64,000 bases of DNA, taken from the IMG/VR virus record IMGVR_UViG_3300037116_000081, positions 1 to 64,000 of that record. One strand, given 5' to 3'. Both the position numbers and the translations under genes were made by a program. Below, piece after piece: positions 54,949 to 64,000 of this stretch. The notes under the pieces are model-generated. The model was not told the DNA's origin. It searched no databases and saw nothing but the letters and a program-made list of their open reading frames with translations. This stretch comes from a virus. Every line of letters begins with the position of its first letter. Position 1 is the first letter of the stretch.

Positions 54949-57333
54949 TCACATCGCTGTTCTGACTTTGAGCGTGACGCCGCTCGCTGGCGTTGGGTTC
55001 GAGCCGAAAATGTTGTAGCTTGCGCTGATGTTCGAGACGTCGCCGGCAAAGACGTAGATTGGTATCGAGGTTGGTTGGTTGAACTGGAAGAGCTGATTCG
55101 CCGCGGCCGTCGCTGGAAGCGTGATCGTCGCAATGGTCCGGTTGCCATCCGAAACCGTGAGCACCAAATCTTGTCCAGTCGGAGGAACCGAGGCCGCGAG
55201 CAGCAGTTGAACGAAAAGCCCGGTGCGTCCCCAGATGTACGGGTTAGTGATGTTGTTCGCACTCGCTACCGAAGCACCGGCGCCCAGCACAAAGACGGCT
55301 TCCTCGTATTGCAAGACAGGCAGCGGATTGACCGTGCGCCCTACCAACCGTTCGTACCATTTGATCCAGTTGCCCGGATCGAGATTTGTGGTCCCTTCCA
55401 CTGCCCATGAAAACGCGGATCCCTTGTAGAGGTTCGGTGGAATCATCGTCCCGGTAACTTGCGTGACGAGGATTTGCTTGGCGTTAATCCCCGACAGCGG
55501 AATATCGACGCTCATAATCTGGCCCGGTCGAATTCCTGGGTAGCGCGTGGTGAAGTCGATCACAGTTGGAACCCCGCCAAGCCTCAGCAGTTCCGCGCCG
55601 GCGATCGCGTTCAAGTCGTCAATGGTCGAGACGTTCTGGAGTTGCATGACGCCTTCATAGATTCCAGAACCGCAGGTGCCCAGCGGGCTCCCGGAAGGAC
55701 CGACAGGCGCAAGAGCATCACCGTACTGCGCGTTGCTCGAATTGGTTGAGCTGGCTGGCACGTAGTCGATAACGATCACAGCATCCGCTGGAGGCTGGAA
55801 GGTCCACACAACCGTTGTGGTGCCGGGTCCGAAGAACCACAAGTAGTCGGTCAGTCCCGTTCGGACCTGTCCGGAAAACTGGGTGAAGTCGATAACGCTT
55901 TGTGGAGCGCCGTTCACCGTCATACTCAGCACCGAGCCGATTCCCACACTCGTGTTGAACCCCGTCGCGATGAAAGTGTTCGTCGGCGAAAAGAATGTCT
56001 TGATGATTCCCGGCTGGCCCACTGCGAAATTCGGGTAATTATCCGTTATCCCCGTTTGTCCCGTTGTGCCGGATCCGCCTGAGCCTGAGCCTGGGAGAAT
56101 GTTGAGATTCGAAACCGCGTACAGCTTGTTGTAGTAGTTCGTTGTGGTGACGGTGTTTCGGATCGTCAGATCCTTTTCAGGTCCCCAGTAGTTCGCCGAA
56201 CTCTCAGTGAGCGAGAACGGCGCCGCGGGCAGGTTCGTCAGTGACGAGAAATGGAGCACGTAGTTTTCATCGATCCACCACACCATACCGTTATCGGTGC
56301 AGATTTGATCGAATGCCTGGGTGACGGTCGGGAAGTTCCATGTGAGGTCCGCCGCGAGGTCTCCCAGGTTTCCAGGTGCGATTTCCGGACCCGGCACGAT
56401 TCCCTCGCCGTTCAGGAAATTGTTGACAATATCGAGAATGACACCCGCCACGTCGGTCGGCAGTAACGAGATCGGATCAACCGCGGGGTAGGTGACGCCG
56501 ACTACTACCCGATGATCACAGATTCCCGACTTGTCGGTAGCCGTGACGTGGAACGTGGTGGCGTTCGAGCTCTCTGTGCTCAAGAATCGGTCGGTGATTA
56601 TCTGGGTGATGCAGCCTGAAAAGATCCGCGCGCCGAAGTCGAGCATCAAAACCGTCTGGCCGAGGACCGGAATAAGCGACTGACTCTGGCCAGGCGGCTT
56701 CATGTTCATGTCGAAGGTAGCCGTCCAGCGTCCCAGGGTTTGGCTGGTAACCTGACAAGTGCCGTCAACGAAGCTCAGATAGGCTGAAGCGTCTTGGCCG
56801 GACAGAAACAGGAAGATACCCTGATTGCCTCCGTTGAGAGTTGGGGTGTACCAGCGTTCGCCGGACGGGATCCCTACAACATTGAGCCACCGTGGGCTAC
56901 CTTCCACTATCGGGGTAGGCCAAGACTCGCCAGACGGTATCCCGGCTGACAGTGCAATCGTTTGGACGTTGGCCACTCGAGGGGGATACCAGGTCTCACC
57001 GCTCGGAATTGCCACCGTGGGAGGGCTTGCGGTACCCACCAGCACGGTTTGGCCCACCCGGATGGTAGGTGTAGGCCAAGATTCTCCTGAAGGGATGGCA
57101 GCCACCGTGATGGCTCCCGCAACCGCAGGGGTGAACCAGCGTTCCGAAGTGCCGATCGCAGGCAACGGCGGAATGACGGTATTGGCGCCCCCCGTGATGG
57201 TTGGGGTTCCCCAAGACTCACTGGAAGCGATAGCCGGCGCCGCGGGAGTGATGGTCTGCGGACCCGTTGAGGAGCTTTGCAGCGGTCCTATATCGAGGTT
57301 CGAGGTTTGAAGAGGCCCAATGTCAAGAGCCAT
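54949..57333 (-). CDS. Phage tail tip/baseplate hub-like protein
   Basis: N-terminal IPSGE.W.TP repeats; IFSG.I, WWID....LHF and PGQ motifs. Confidence 0.8.
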   Translation of the reverse strand: MALDIGPLQTSNLDIGPLQSSSTGPQTITPAAPAIASSESWGTPTITGGANTVIPPLPAIGTSERWFTPAVAGAITVAAIPSGESWPTPTIRVGQTVLVGTASPPTVAIPSGETWYPPRVANVQTIALSAGIPSGESWPTPIVEGSPRWLNVVGIPSGERWYTPTLNGGNQGIFLFLSGQDASAYLSFVDGTCQVTSQTLGRWTATFDMNMKPPGQSQSLIPVLGQTVLMLDFGARIFSGCITQIITDRFLSTESSNATTFHVTATDKSGICDHRVVVGVTYPAVDPISLLPTDVAGVILDIVNNFLNGEGIVPGPEIAPGNLGDLAADLTWNFPTVTQAFDQICTDNGMVWWIDENYVLHFSSLTNLPAAPFSLTESSANYWGPEKDLTIRNTVTTTNYYNKLYAVSNLNILPGSGSGGSGTTGQTGITDNYPNFAVGQPGIIKTFFSPTNTFIATGFNTSVGIGSVLSMTVNGAPQSVIDFTQFSGQVRTGLTDYLWFFGPGTTTVVWTFQPPADAVIVIDYVPASSTNSSNAQYGDALAPVGPSGSPLGTCGSGIYEGVMQLQNVSTIDDLNAIAGAELLRLGGVPTVIDFTTRYPGIRPGQIMSVDIPLSGINAKQILVTQVTGTMIPPNLYKGSAFSWAVEGTTNLDPGNWIKWYERLVGRTVNPLPVLQYEEAVFVLGAGASVASANNITNPYIWGRTGLFVQLLLAASVPPTGQDLVLTVSDGNRTIATITLPATAAANQLFQFNQPTSIPIYVFAGDVSNISASYNIFGSNPTPASGVTLKVRTAM

Positions 57334-57337
57334 GACG

Positions 57338-58612
57338 TTATGGGATTACCGTTGGGACGCCAGCCTGTTTGCAGGCCGCGCCTGCTCCCGACGTGTTGTT
57401 TAGCGAAAAGTCGCCACTAGATGCGTTCGTAAATGGATCGCCGGTCAAGGTCACGTCATCAACCCCAGGTCCGCATCCGCTATAGTTGCCGCCTGTGTTG
57501 GAGCCGAAAGCGTTGTTAGAAAAGAACTGTCCGGCAGCACTCCCGTTAGAGCGGATGGCAGGTGCCCCCTGTCCCCAAAAGATGCTGTTGATCACCTGAA
57601 GCGAGTTCGCGTTGTTCAGGTAAATCCCGGAGTTTGTGTTTGCGTAAAACGCGCAATTGACGATGGACGGGGTATCTGCGTTTTGTTGAAACCACAGCCC
57701 CCCGAGACTTCCGCAGCCCTTGAAGACGCACCGCTCAAAAGAAGCGACCGCCCCTAAAAACCCGCTATTCCCGATGTTCACACCCTCGGCGGTCGTATCG
57801 TGAATGAAGCAGGCGAACATGCTGATAGCTCCACAGTTCGCAATTCCGTTGATGGTCTGATTTTTGAACTCGCAGAACTGGCAGATAAGTCCCTGGATGG
57901 TGTACGGCGTGGTGTAATCTGCCCACACCCCGTAAGTGCCCCCATCGAAAAGACAATTGGTAACGGTTATTTGGCCTACGTTTCCTCCGCTAGGCCGCAC
58001 GGTGAGCAACGCTCCAGGTGTTCCTGCTGTGCACTCGAAATGAATATTGGCAAACTCAATTTGGTTGTTGTATAGGGTGACTAAATTGACAGAGTTCGTG
58101 GATGTCGTCCAGGTCACCTGTGTGCCGTCACCGCGCGTGGAGCCGTATCCGATGAATTGACAGTTGCCGGGAATGCCCGTTTGGGTAGCTGTGACGATGT
58201 AAGAACCGGAATTCTGGATATATACGTCGTTACCAGGGACCATTTCTGCTATGGCTTGCGCAACCGTCGCAAGCGCGCCGCCGATATTTAGCGTCAACCC
58301 GGTGCCGGTTGTGGTGTTGCGGTCCACCACAATCGTTGTACTGTTGGTGAGGCTCTCGACCCAATACCAATTTCCATCGAAGTAGATGATGTTATCAACG
58401 ATGGCCGAGGTGAAAGACGCCGTTACGCTGACTATCGAGGTGGAACCAACCCCCACTCCGTCTGTGGTGCTTTGATTATTTCCACTGCCTGGGTTTTTGG
58501 AGTCCTGTTGGGAATAGTCCGTACCCGAGCCACCCGAGATGAAGCCGCCGCCGTTGGTGTCATTGCCAACGGTTGGGCGAACCTCCCATACTGCTGTGGC
58601 TGGAAGCGCCAT
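57338..58612 (-). CDS. Right-handed beta-helix tail protein
   Basis: Repeated NC.F/GI strands; DP.F.N...GDFSL motif. Confidence 0.8.
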   Translation of the reverse strand: MALPATAVWEVRPTVGNDTNGGGFISGGSGTDYSQQDSKNPGSGNNQSTTDGVGVGSTSIVSVTASFTSAIVDNIIYFDGNWYWVESLTNSTTIVVDRNTTTGTGLTLNIGGALATVAQAIAEMVPGNDVYIQNSGSYIVTATQTGIPGNCQFIGYGSTRGDGTQVTWTTSTNSVNLVTLYNNQIEFANIHFECTAGTPGALLTVRPSGGNVGQITVTNCLFDGGTYGVWADYTTPYTIQGLICQFCEFKNQTINGIANCGAISMFACFIHDTTAEGVNIGNSGFLGAVASFERCVFKGCGSLGGLWFQQNADTPSIVNCAFYANTNSGIYLNNANSLQVINSIFWGQGAPAIRSNGSAAGQFFSNNAFGSNTGGNYSGCGPGVDDVTLTGDPFTNASSGDFSLNNTSGAGAACKQAGVPTVIP

Positions 58613-58615
58613 GCA

Positions 58616-59146
58616 TTACGCCAGAACGATACGCGGTTCGGGAATCCAGATCCCGCCAGGTCCGAGCTTGGCCGGTATCCCAGCGACTTCACGGAACCAC
58701 TCGAGAAGCTTTCGCGCGCGGCCTTTCTCTGATTCTGGCAATCCAGCAAAGAGAGTGAACACTTGGCCGGACGCCCACGCTACCGTGATGTCGCCACCAT
58801 TCGGCGTCACAGGCAAACCGCTCGCGGTGTCGATCAGGCCAATGAGTGGTGACGTGCTCGAAGTCCCGCTATCCACGTATAGGGGAATATAGGAAGCTGT
58901 CGATCCCGACACGGACGTGAAGATCACGTTAGCAGCCGATAGAGTTCCAGCAGATCCAGTACGGCTCGAAAGCGCCACCCCAGCAGCAACGATGTTGCCT
59001 CCGGAGATTGCCGAGTAAAATTGATCCGTGGCCAGGTTCGGCGTGTAGCCGGTCGTCACGAGCGAAATTTTCAGCGCGTCCGTGAGTGCATCCGTTCCGC
59101 CTTCGAGAAACAACTCGCGGCCGTGTGCGTAAAGGCTATTCGCCAT
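58616..59146 (-). CDS. Minor tail protein
   Basis: MAN.LY..G...FL.G...LK..LV...TPNGGDITV.W pattern. Confidence 0.8.
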   Translation of the reverse strand: MANSLYAHGRELFLEGGTDALTDALKISLVTTGYTPNLATDQFYSAISGGNIVAAGVALSSRTGSAGTLSAANVIFTSVSGSTASYIPLYVDSGTSSTSPLIGLIDTASGLPVTPNGGDITVAWASGQVFTLFAGLPESEKGRARKLLEWFREVAGIPAKLGPGGIWIPEPRIVLA

Positions 59147-59284
59147 CTTGCGGCTCCTTTGGTTGTGTCGCTATTACTTCTGCGATTATCTTCCTAGAAT
59201 CCGCCACTGCTGTTTTTGGAGTTTTCGTGCCTCCCGCGCACATCAGCGCCGCCATGATGCAAATCATTTCAGGATCGATGCGTT

Positions 59285-59500
59285 TCATTGCTTAACTCCC
59301 AGATCCAACACTCTCGCGAGACTTGGCGGCCCAGCGGTCTGTCTGAAATGCTCTGCCCACTTCTTATCTCGGTACGGCGTCATCTTTCGGTTTTCGTTCC
59401 TCAGATCGTCCATTGCCCGCCTTCGTTCCATGATGTGCGCTTCCAATTCCTTGATGCTCATCGGCTCGACGTTCGCCAAAATGTCTTGTAGGTCTCTCAT
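59285..59500 (-). CDS. Hypothetical protein
   Basis: In the tail operon. Confidence 0.55.
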   Translation of the reverse strand: MRDLQDILANVEPMSIKELEAHIMERRRAMDDLRNENRKMTPYRDKKWAEHFRQTAGPPSLARVLDLGVKQ

Positions 59501-59513
59501 CGTTCCCCCGATT

Positions 59514-62500
59514 CTACCGTATTTTCTGCCCGCCTACCTGCTGAAGTTTCGTTACCACGTTCTTCGACACCAGATCCGAGAATTGCTGGATCTGCGCATT
59601 GTTGTTCATCGCCACCACTCCCGGAGTGATATTGGTCTGAATGTTGAGAATGAGTTGCCCTGGATTCGTCAGAATGTTGTTCGACGTAAAGCTGTTCGAG
59701 CCGCCTGGCCCGCTGTTGCCGATGCCCGGAACATTCGCGGTTGGCAGGATCGGTGTGAAGCTGTTCGAGCCAGGCGAGTAAGCTACCGTAGCCGGCACAG
59801 GCGTTGCCTTGGTAATCGCGGTGAAGCTGGTCGCCACAGTGTTGGCCGCGGCTGTCACCGTAGTTCCCACAGCCGTCAGAGTCGTACCCAGCGTACTCGT
59901 AACCGTCGAGAGCGTTGCAAGACTCGTGCCTGTCGCGCTTGCCGCCGTCGCCACACCCTGCACTGACGCCCCAAGCCCGTATGGCCCGGCAAGATCCCCA
60001 TCGAGCACTTTGAGATCTGCGCCGATTTGATCGGCGAAGGATTGTAGCGCCGCGCCGCCAGATCCGCCTCCGCCGGCGCCGCCCGCCACCACAGCAGCCA
60101 GGATGTTGGTTAGCGTCTCATTCATTGACTGGGTGAGTTCCATGATGGTCACGACATCGCCATGGATGTAGCCCAGGAATTCCGCTGACTTGCCGGTGTA
60201 AAACTGGATCGAACCGGATCCTGAGTCCCCCAAGTAGATGGCCATGCGCGCGGTTTCATGCTCGATATCCGATAGCAGGGTGTTGGTGTGCATCAACTCA
60301 ATCGCGCTGAAGATGGAGGCGATTGCTGAGACGACAGACGCCACAGCCGTAAGCCCAGAAACCATCTGGCTTGCACTCTGACTTACCGAACTCGCCGCTG
60401 ACTTCATTGAACTGCTCGCGGTGTTGGAAAACGACTTGACCGCATCCCCGGCTTGGCCAAAGTAGGTAATCGAAACCTGCGAGAAATCCTGAGCCGCTTG
60501 CCCGGCCGACTGCATGGCCGGTGCAATGATTCCACCTCCAGACGGTCCACCGAAGATCGCGTTGAACATCTTCCCGAAATCGCTCACTGCGTTCGTGTTC
60601 TGAAGAAACGCATCCTTGAGCTGATTGAGAAGATACTGGGTTACAAGTTCCGCAATCTGCTGTTTCAGTGTGTCGAAAACTTTGGTCAGCGCAGCACCGA
60701 AGTTTTGACCGCTCACCATCGCATCCCCGAGCCCTTTACCGAGATCAGTCCAAGCCGTTCCGAGCGCCTTCACCATGCCGGTGTACAAATTCGATAGGCC
60801 GATGGTCTGATCCTTCAGGACGTTCATCTGGGTCTGAACGGCAGTAAGCTGCTCGGTCCATTGCAACGTCTGCTGAGCCGTCGCACCGGTGGAATCCGCG
60901 ATCTTAATTTGGAGCTGCGCTATCTGAGCCTGCACCGCTAACTGCTGCTGAAGCGGCGCGCCCATCTGTTCCATGGTTTGCAGGTTCCTCTGCATTGCCG
61001 CGAGTTGCTGTTCGTCGAGACTGACATCGTCAATCTTCAGCGTCTTGAGCATCGCGTAGACGGCCCCAACTTTAGCGCCCCAAGTGGTAACGGTAGTCGA
61101 AGAGTCGATCCAGCTTTTGTTGATCGCTTGGATGTTCGCCTCCATTTGGGTGGTGAACACTCCAGCATCCGCCAGTTGGCTAGTGAGCGATTTCCCGAAA
61201 GTGGTATCGAACGTAGCCCAGTCCTTTTGCATACTACTCGCGAGGTCATCAAAACCTTTCTGCATTGCCAGAAGGTTCTCTAAAATCTTCGCAGGGTCGT
61301 CGGTCTGTGCTGCTTGGTGTTGCGCCGCCGCAAACGCCGTCATGTCCTTAATCCATTCCTGAATGGCTGGGCTCATCTCAGCAACCTGTACGGGGAACTT
61401 ATCCGCAAGCGTTTGGATTTTGTCGCCCAACTTGGTGAGATTATCGTCCTCAATGAAACCCTGGACCGTCATCTTCAGCGCGTTGAGTTGATCGATGTAT
61501 TGCTGTATGCCCGCGATTTGCGCTGGAGTAAGACTGAAATTCGCCATGTCCTTCATGGCCAGCGCGAGAGCCTGATTGATCTGAGAAAGCATCTGGGTAG
61601 CTTTCTCGCCACCCTGCTGAAGTTGTATTAGGTAAGCATCCTCAGTAGCGGGAATGGAGTTCAGAAGACTCGCCACCGACTGGCCGAGCTTCGCAAGAGC
61701 GACCTGTATCTGCTGGCCGCTTTGGTCCGCCTTGACGCCTAACAATTTCAGCGCATCACCCACCTGGGAAGCTGAATATCCCATGGCGGCCAGCATCGTG
61801 CCGAGTTGAGTCGCCGCATAGCCTTCGTTCAGTAGCTCCTTGCCCATAGCAAAGGCGCTTGCGGTTACCCCGTCAGTGGACGTCTTCACATTGGTAGCCG
61901 TGGCGGCCCAGATTTGATCGATTATTTTTCCGTTCGCTGCCCAATCAGCAGCCATCTTTTGCCCGGTATCGTGGATATCGCTCGCCACTGCGTTCCACCC
62001 GTTCGTGATGGCGCTCCACGCGCCGGCCCAATCCTGATTCGCCGCTGCGACCGCTGCTTTGCCGACGCTCATGAACACATCGACCGCAACCTTGCCGAGC
62101 CCCACGATGATATCGACGGCTTGCTGCACGTAGCCGATCAGCGCCACAACGAAAGTTTCAATGCCTTGAAGAGCTAGCTTGAAAACACCGACGCCGCCAG
62201 GTCCACCAATCAGTGCGAGCGAATCGCCAATGTTGACGGCGGCCTCATGCACAGCGTTGGACATCTGCTGCCATGACCCGGTGACGTCGCCGGCCGTCGC
62301 TTGGGAGATTCCAGCGACTTTTTGAGTTGCGGCAACCAACACGTTCGCGCGTTCAGCGGCAGCTTCCGCATCGGTGCCGTAATTCGCGAAAGCGTTTTGA
62401 ATATCTTTAACGCTGGCATTCGTCATGCCCATGGCGTTCCCTAAATCGGTCATGCTCAAACCGGCCGCCACGAGAGACCTGGTCATCACCTTACCGGTAG

Positions 62501-63506
62501 CATCCATCCGCTCAAACGAAGATGCGACCGAATCGAAGTCATTGCCCGACGCGCGCGCCGCGTCACTAACAGCGGTGAGCAACGCCGGCATTTGTCCAAG
62601 AGTGACACCGAATAGAGCAAACTTCTGCTGCGCGGCTTCTAATGACGGGACTGCCTGGGCGAGAGAGTTGGCGAGTTCGGGTATCGCTTCGAGAGCGGCC
62701 GCGGCCCCTTCAGCATCCTTGGTTATGGCGGCCAGAGCTTCGCCCGCACGCTGGAATTCAGCGAAGGCCTCTATAGATCCCATGAGCGCTTCTTTGAGAG
62801 CTTCAAGCGTTATAGCGATCCCAGCCAGTTCCAGTCCAGTCGCGAGCATTTCCGTAAAGCCTTCGCTTACGCTGCTCGATTCGGTCTCGACTTCGTGGAG
62901 TGCCGGTGGAATCTGTTCTATGTTGCCCGCAACTTCGCCAGCGCTAGTACCCATGCCGGACATGGACTCAGCCACACCGTCGAGCCCCTGAGCGGCCGTG
63001 TTAGCCTCATCGGCGATTCCCGCAATTGCCTGCGTTGCCGCATTGGCTTCGTCTGGTATTTCACTGAGCCCGGAGGTACTACCGAACGCCTCGTTTACAG
63101 CGGTGCCAGCCTCTTCGGCCGCTTGGCTGATTTGAGCAAAGGATTGTGCAACCTCATCCCCTACACCACCAAGCGCAGCCTCAGTGGCTTGCGCGGCCTC
63201 TTCTGCAGCTACTGGAATAGCATCAAAGGCTTGCTGGGCTTGCTCGTCAATCCCGGTGAAGAGATCCGCCTGCCCAGCGAATGCATCCGCAACCTCCGCC
63301 GCGGCCGCCTGCGCAGCCTCAGGAACCGCTGCGAAAGCCTCCTGGGCTTGCGTGCCGATATCCGCGAACAGGTTGTCTTGGCCGGCAAACGCGTCTTGGA
63401 CGGCAGCGGCCGCCGCTTGCGCAGCTTCGGGGATTTGATCAAACGCGGCCTGGAGATCGGAGATGTCTCCGCCGACTGTGACGACTAAATTATCGAGATC
63501 TGCCAC
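59514..63506 (-). CDS. Tail tape measure protein
   Basis: 1330 aa, Ala-rich and helical; L.V.VGGD.S.L start; follows the chaperone genes. Confidence 0.9.
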   Translation of the reverse strand: MADLDNLVVTVGGDISDLQAAFDQIPEAAQAAAAAVQDAFAGQDNLFADIGTQAQEAFAAVPEAAQAAAAEVADAFAGQADLFTGIDEQAQQAFDAIPVAAEEAAQATEAALGGVGDEVAQSFAQISQAAEEAGTAVNEAFGSTSGLSEIPDEANAATQAIAGIADEANTAAQGLDGVAESMSGMGTSAGEVAGNIEQIPPALHEVETESSSVSEGFTEMLATGLELAGIAITLEALKEALMGSIEAFAEFQRAGEALAAITKDAEGAAAALEAIPELANSLAQAVPSLEAAQQKFALFGVTLGQMPALLTAVSDAARASGNDFDSVASSFERMDATGKVMTRSLVAAGLSMTDLGNAMGMTNASVKDIQNAFANYGTDAEAAAERANVLVAATQKVAGISQATAGDVTGSWQQMSNAVHEAAVNIGDSLALIGGPGGVGVFKLALQGIETFVVALIGYVQQAVDIIVGLGKVAVDVFMSVGKAAVAAANQDWAGAWSAITNGWNAVASDIHDTGQKMAADWAANGKIIDQIWAATATNVKTSTDGVTASAFAMGKELLNEGYAATQLGTMLAAMGYSASQVGDALKLLGVKADQSGQQIQVALAKLGQSVASLLNSIPATEDAYLIQLQQGGEKATQMLSQINQALALAMKDMANFSLTPAQIAGIQQYIDQLNALKMTVQGFIEDDNLTKLGDKIQTLADKFPVQVAEMSPAIQEWIKDMTAFAAAQHQAAQTDDPAKILENLLAMQKGFDDLASSMQKDWATFDTTFGKSLTSQLADAGVFTTQMEANIQAINKSWIDSSTTVTTWGAKVGAVYAMLKTLKIDDVSLDEQQLAAMQRNLQTMEQMGAPLQQQLAVQAQIAQLQIKIADSTGATAQQTLQWTEQLTAVQTQMNVLKDQTIGLSNLYTGMVKALGTAWTDLGKGLGDAMVSGQNFGAALTKVFDTLKQQIAELVTQYLLNQLKDAFLQNTNAVSDFGKMFNAIFGGPSGGGIIAPAMQSAGQAAQDFSQVSITYFGQAGDAVKSFSNTASSSMKSAASSVSQSASQMVSGLTAVASVVSAIASIFSAIELMHTNTLLSDIEHETARMAIYLGDSGSGSIQFYTGKSAEFLGYIHGDVVTIMELTQSMNETLTNILAAVVAGGAGGGGSGGAALQSFADQIGADLKVLDGDLAGPYGLGASVQGVATAASATGTSLATLSTVTSTLGTTLTAVGTTVTAAANTVATSFTAITKATPVPATVAYSPGSNSFTPILPTANVPGIGNSGPGGSNSFTSNNILTNPGQLILNIQTNITPGVVAMNNNAQIQQFSDLVSKNVVTKLQQVGGQKIR

Positions 63507-63816
63507 CGAATCCGCCCATGAAGTTTTGAATCATTTCTATTTGTTCTTCTGGACTCCTCAACACCTTGCCGCTGGTCACAATCCGTTCCACTCGTTTGGA
63601 GTTGCGCCGCGGGAAAAGCTCGTCCAGGCTTTGCGCCGGTGCGTGCTCGGCTCGGTGCGCGTTGTAGTACATCGTGTAGAGCATTCCGATTCGTCGATCC
63701 GCCCGCTCCTCAGCATCCAGGTATTGCTCCCACACCGCGAAAAACTCCCGCGGCGTCATTTCCCAAAACTCAGCGTCGGTCAGACCCAGTAATTTTCCCG
63801 ACGCCCACGCGCCCAA
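63490..63816 (-). CDS. Tail assembly chaperone, C-terminal (gpT-like) part
   Basis: LGL...EFW.MTP.E motif; lies in the -1 frame of the upstream ORF, with a candidate slippery CTAAAAG at 63878-63884. Confidence 0.75.
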   Translation of the reverse strand: MGAWASGKLLGLTDAEFWEMTPREFFAVWEQYLDAEERADRRIGMLYTMYYNAHRAEHAPAQSLDELFPRRNSKRVERIVTSGKVLRSPEEQIEMIQNFMGGFGGRSR

Positions 63817-63824
63817 AACCCTTT

Positions 63825-64000
63825 CTACTGGATCGAGGACTTCTCCGGTATCGGCTCCGGGTTCTCCTGGGGGGCAACTTTTAGGATCATGTTCTTGATG
63901 GCAGTTGCCACAGCGAGAGAGTCGCCGACGTCCAGTTTGTCGATCAACTGATCGGGCGTGAACTGCACGAAACCCGAAAGAGCAACGGATAATATCTTAG
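63825..64000 (-). CDS. Tail assembly chaperone (gpG-like), partial
   Basis: Open frame from the window edge to TAG at 63825; position before gpT-like and tape measure genes. Confidence 0.65.
   Translation of the reverse strand, partial: KILSVALSGFVQFTPDQLIDKLDVGDSLAVATAIKNMILKVAPQENPEPIPEKSSIQ

Larger units (their letters stand above)
41474..64000 (-). mobile_element. Tailed phage (Caudoviricetes-like) segment, continues beyond window
   Basis: Tape measure, tail chaperone, tail proteins, Gp157-like, VRR-NUC-like and GH24 genes, all on the minus strand. Left boundary uncertain. Confidence 0.75.

Overview
The window looks entirely viral and seems to hold two elements joined together. Element 1 spans about 266-41473 and is bounded by a ~100-bp direct repeat, giving a candidate 41.1-kb unit. 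It resembles a tailless, probably membrane-containing virus. It has DUF1376-like replication genes, a transglutaminase-like Cys enzyme, about 12 membrane or core proteins sharing a G-[LMFVI]-G-[QD] motif, Arg/Lys-rich core proteins, a glycosyltransferase, a putative single-jelly-roll capsid protein with a run of beta-rich paralogues and spikes, lysis genes and a long accessory region. No packaging ATPase or integrase is recognisable. Element 2 (about 41.5-64 kb) is part of a tailed phage, with tape measure, tail chaperone, tail proteins, replication/recombination genes and a GH24 endolysin. The two elements share at least ten diverged gene pairs. PEP-CTERM tails and leaderless promoters hint at an Acidobacteriota-like host (inference). 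The most striking signal is a family of 33 ~30-bp hairpin sites (CGTYY flank, covarying stem, conserved ACTGGAGTA-type loop). They are confined to element 1, alternate in orientation almost perfectly from 5389 to 41473, and often bracket single genes with fixed polarity. This is a candidate undescribed gene-cassette shuffling or genome-folding/packaging system. All protein calls come from motif recognition by eye; no searches were run.
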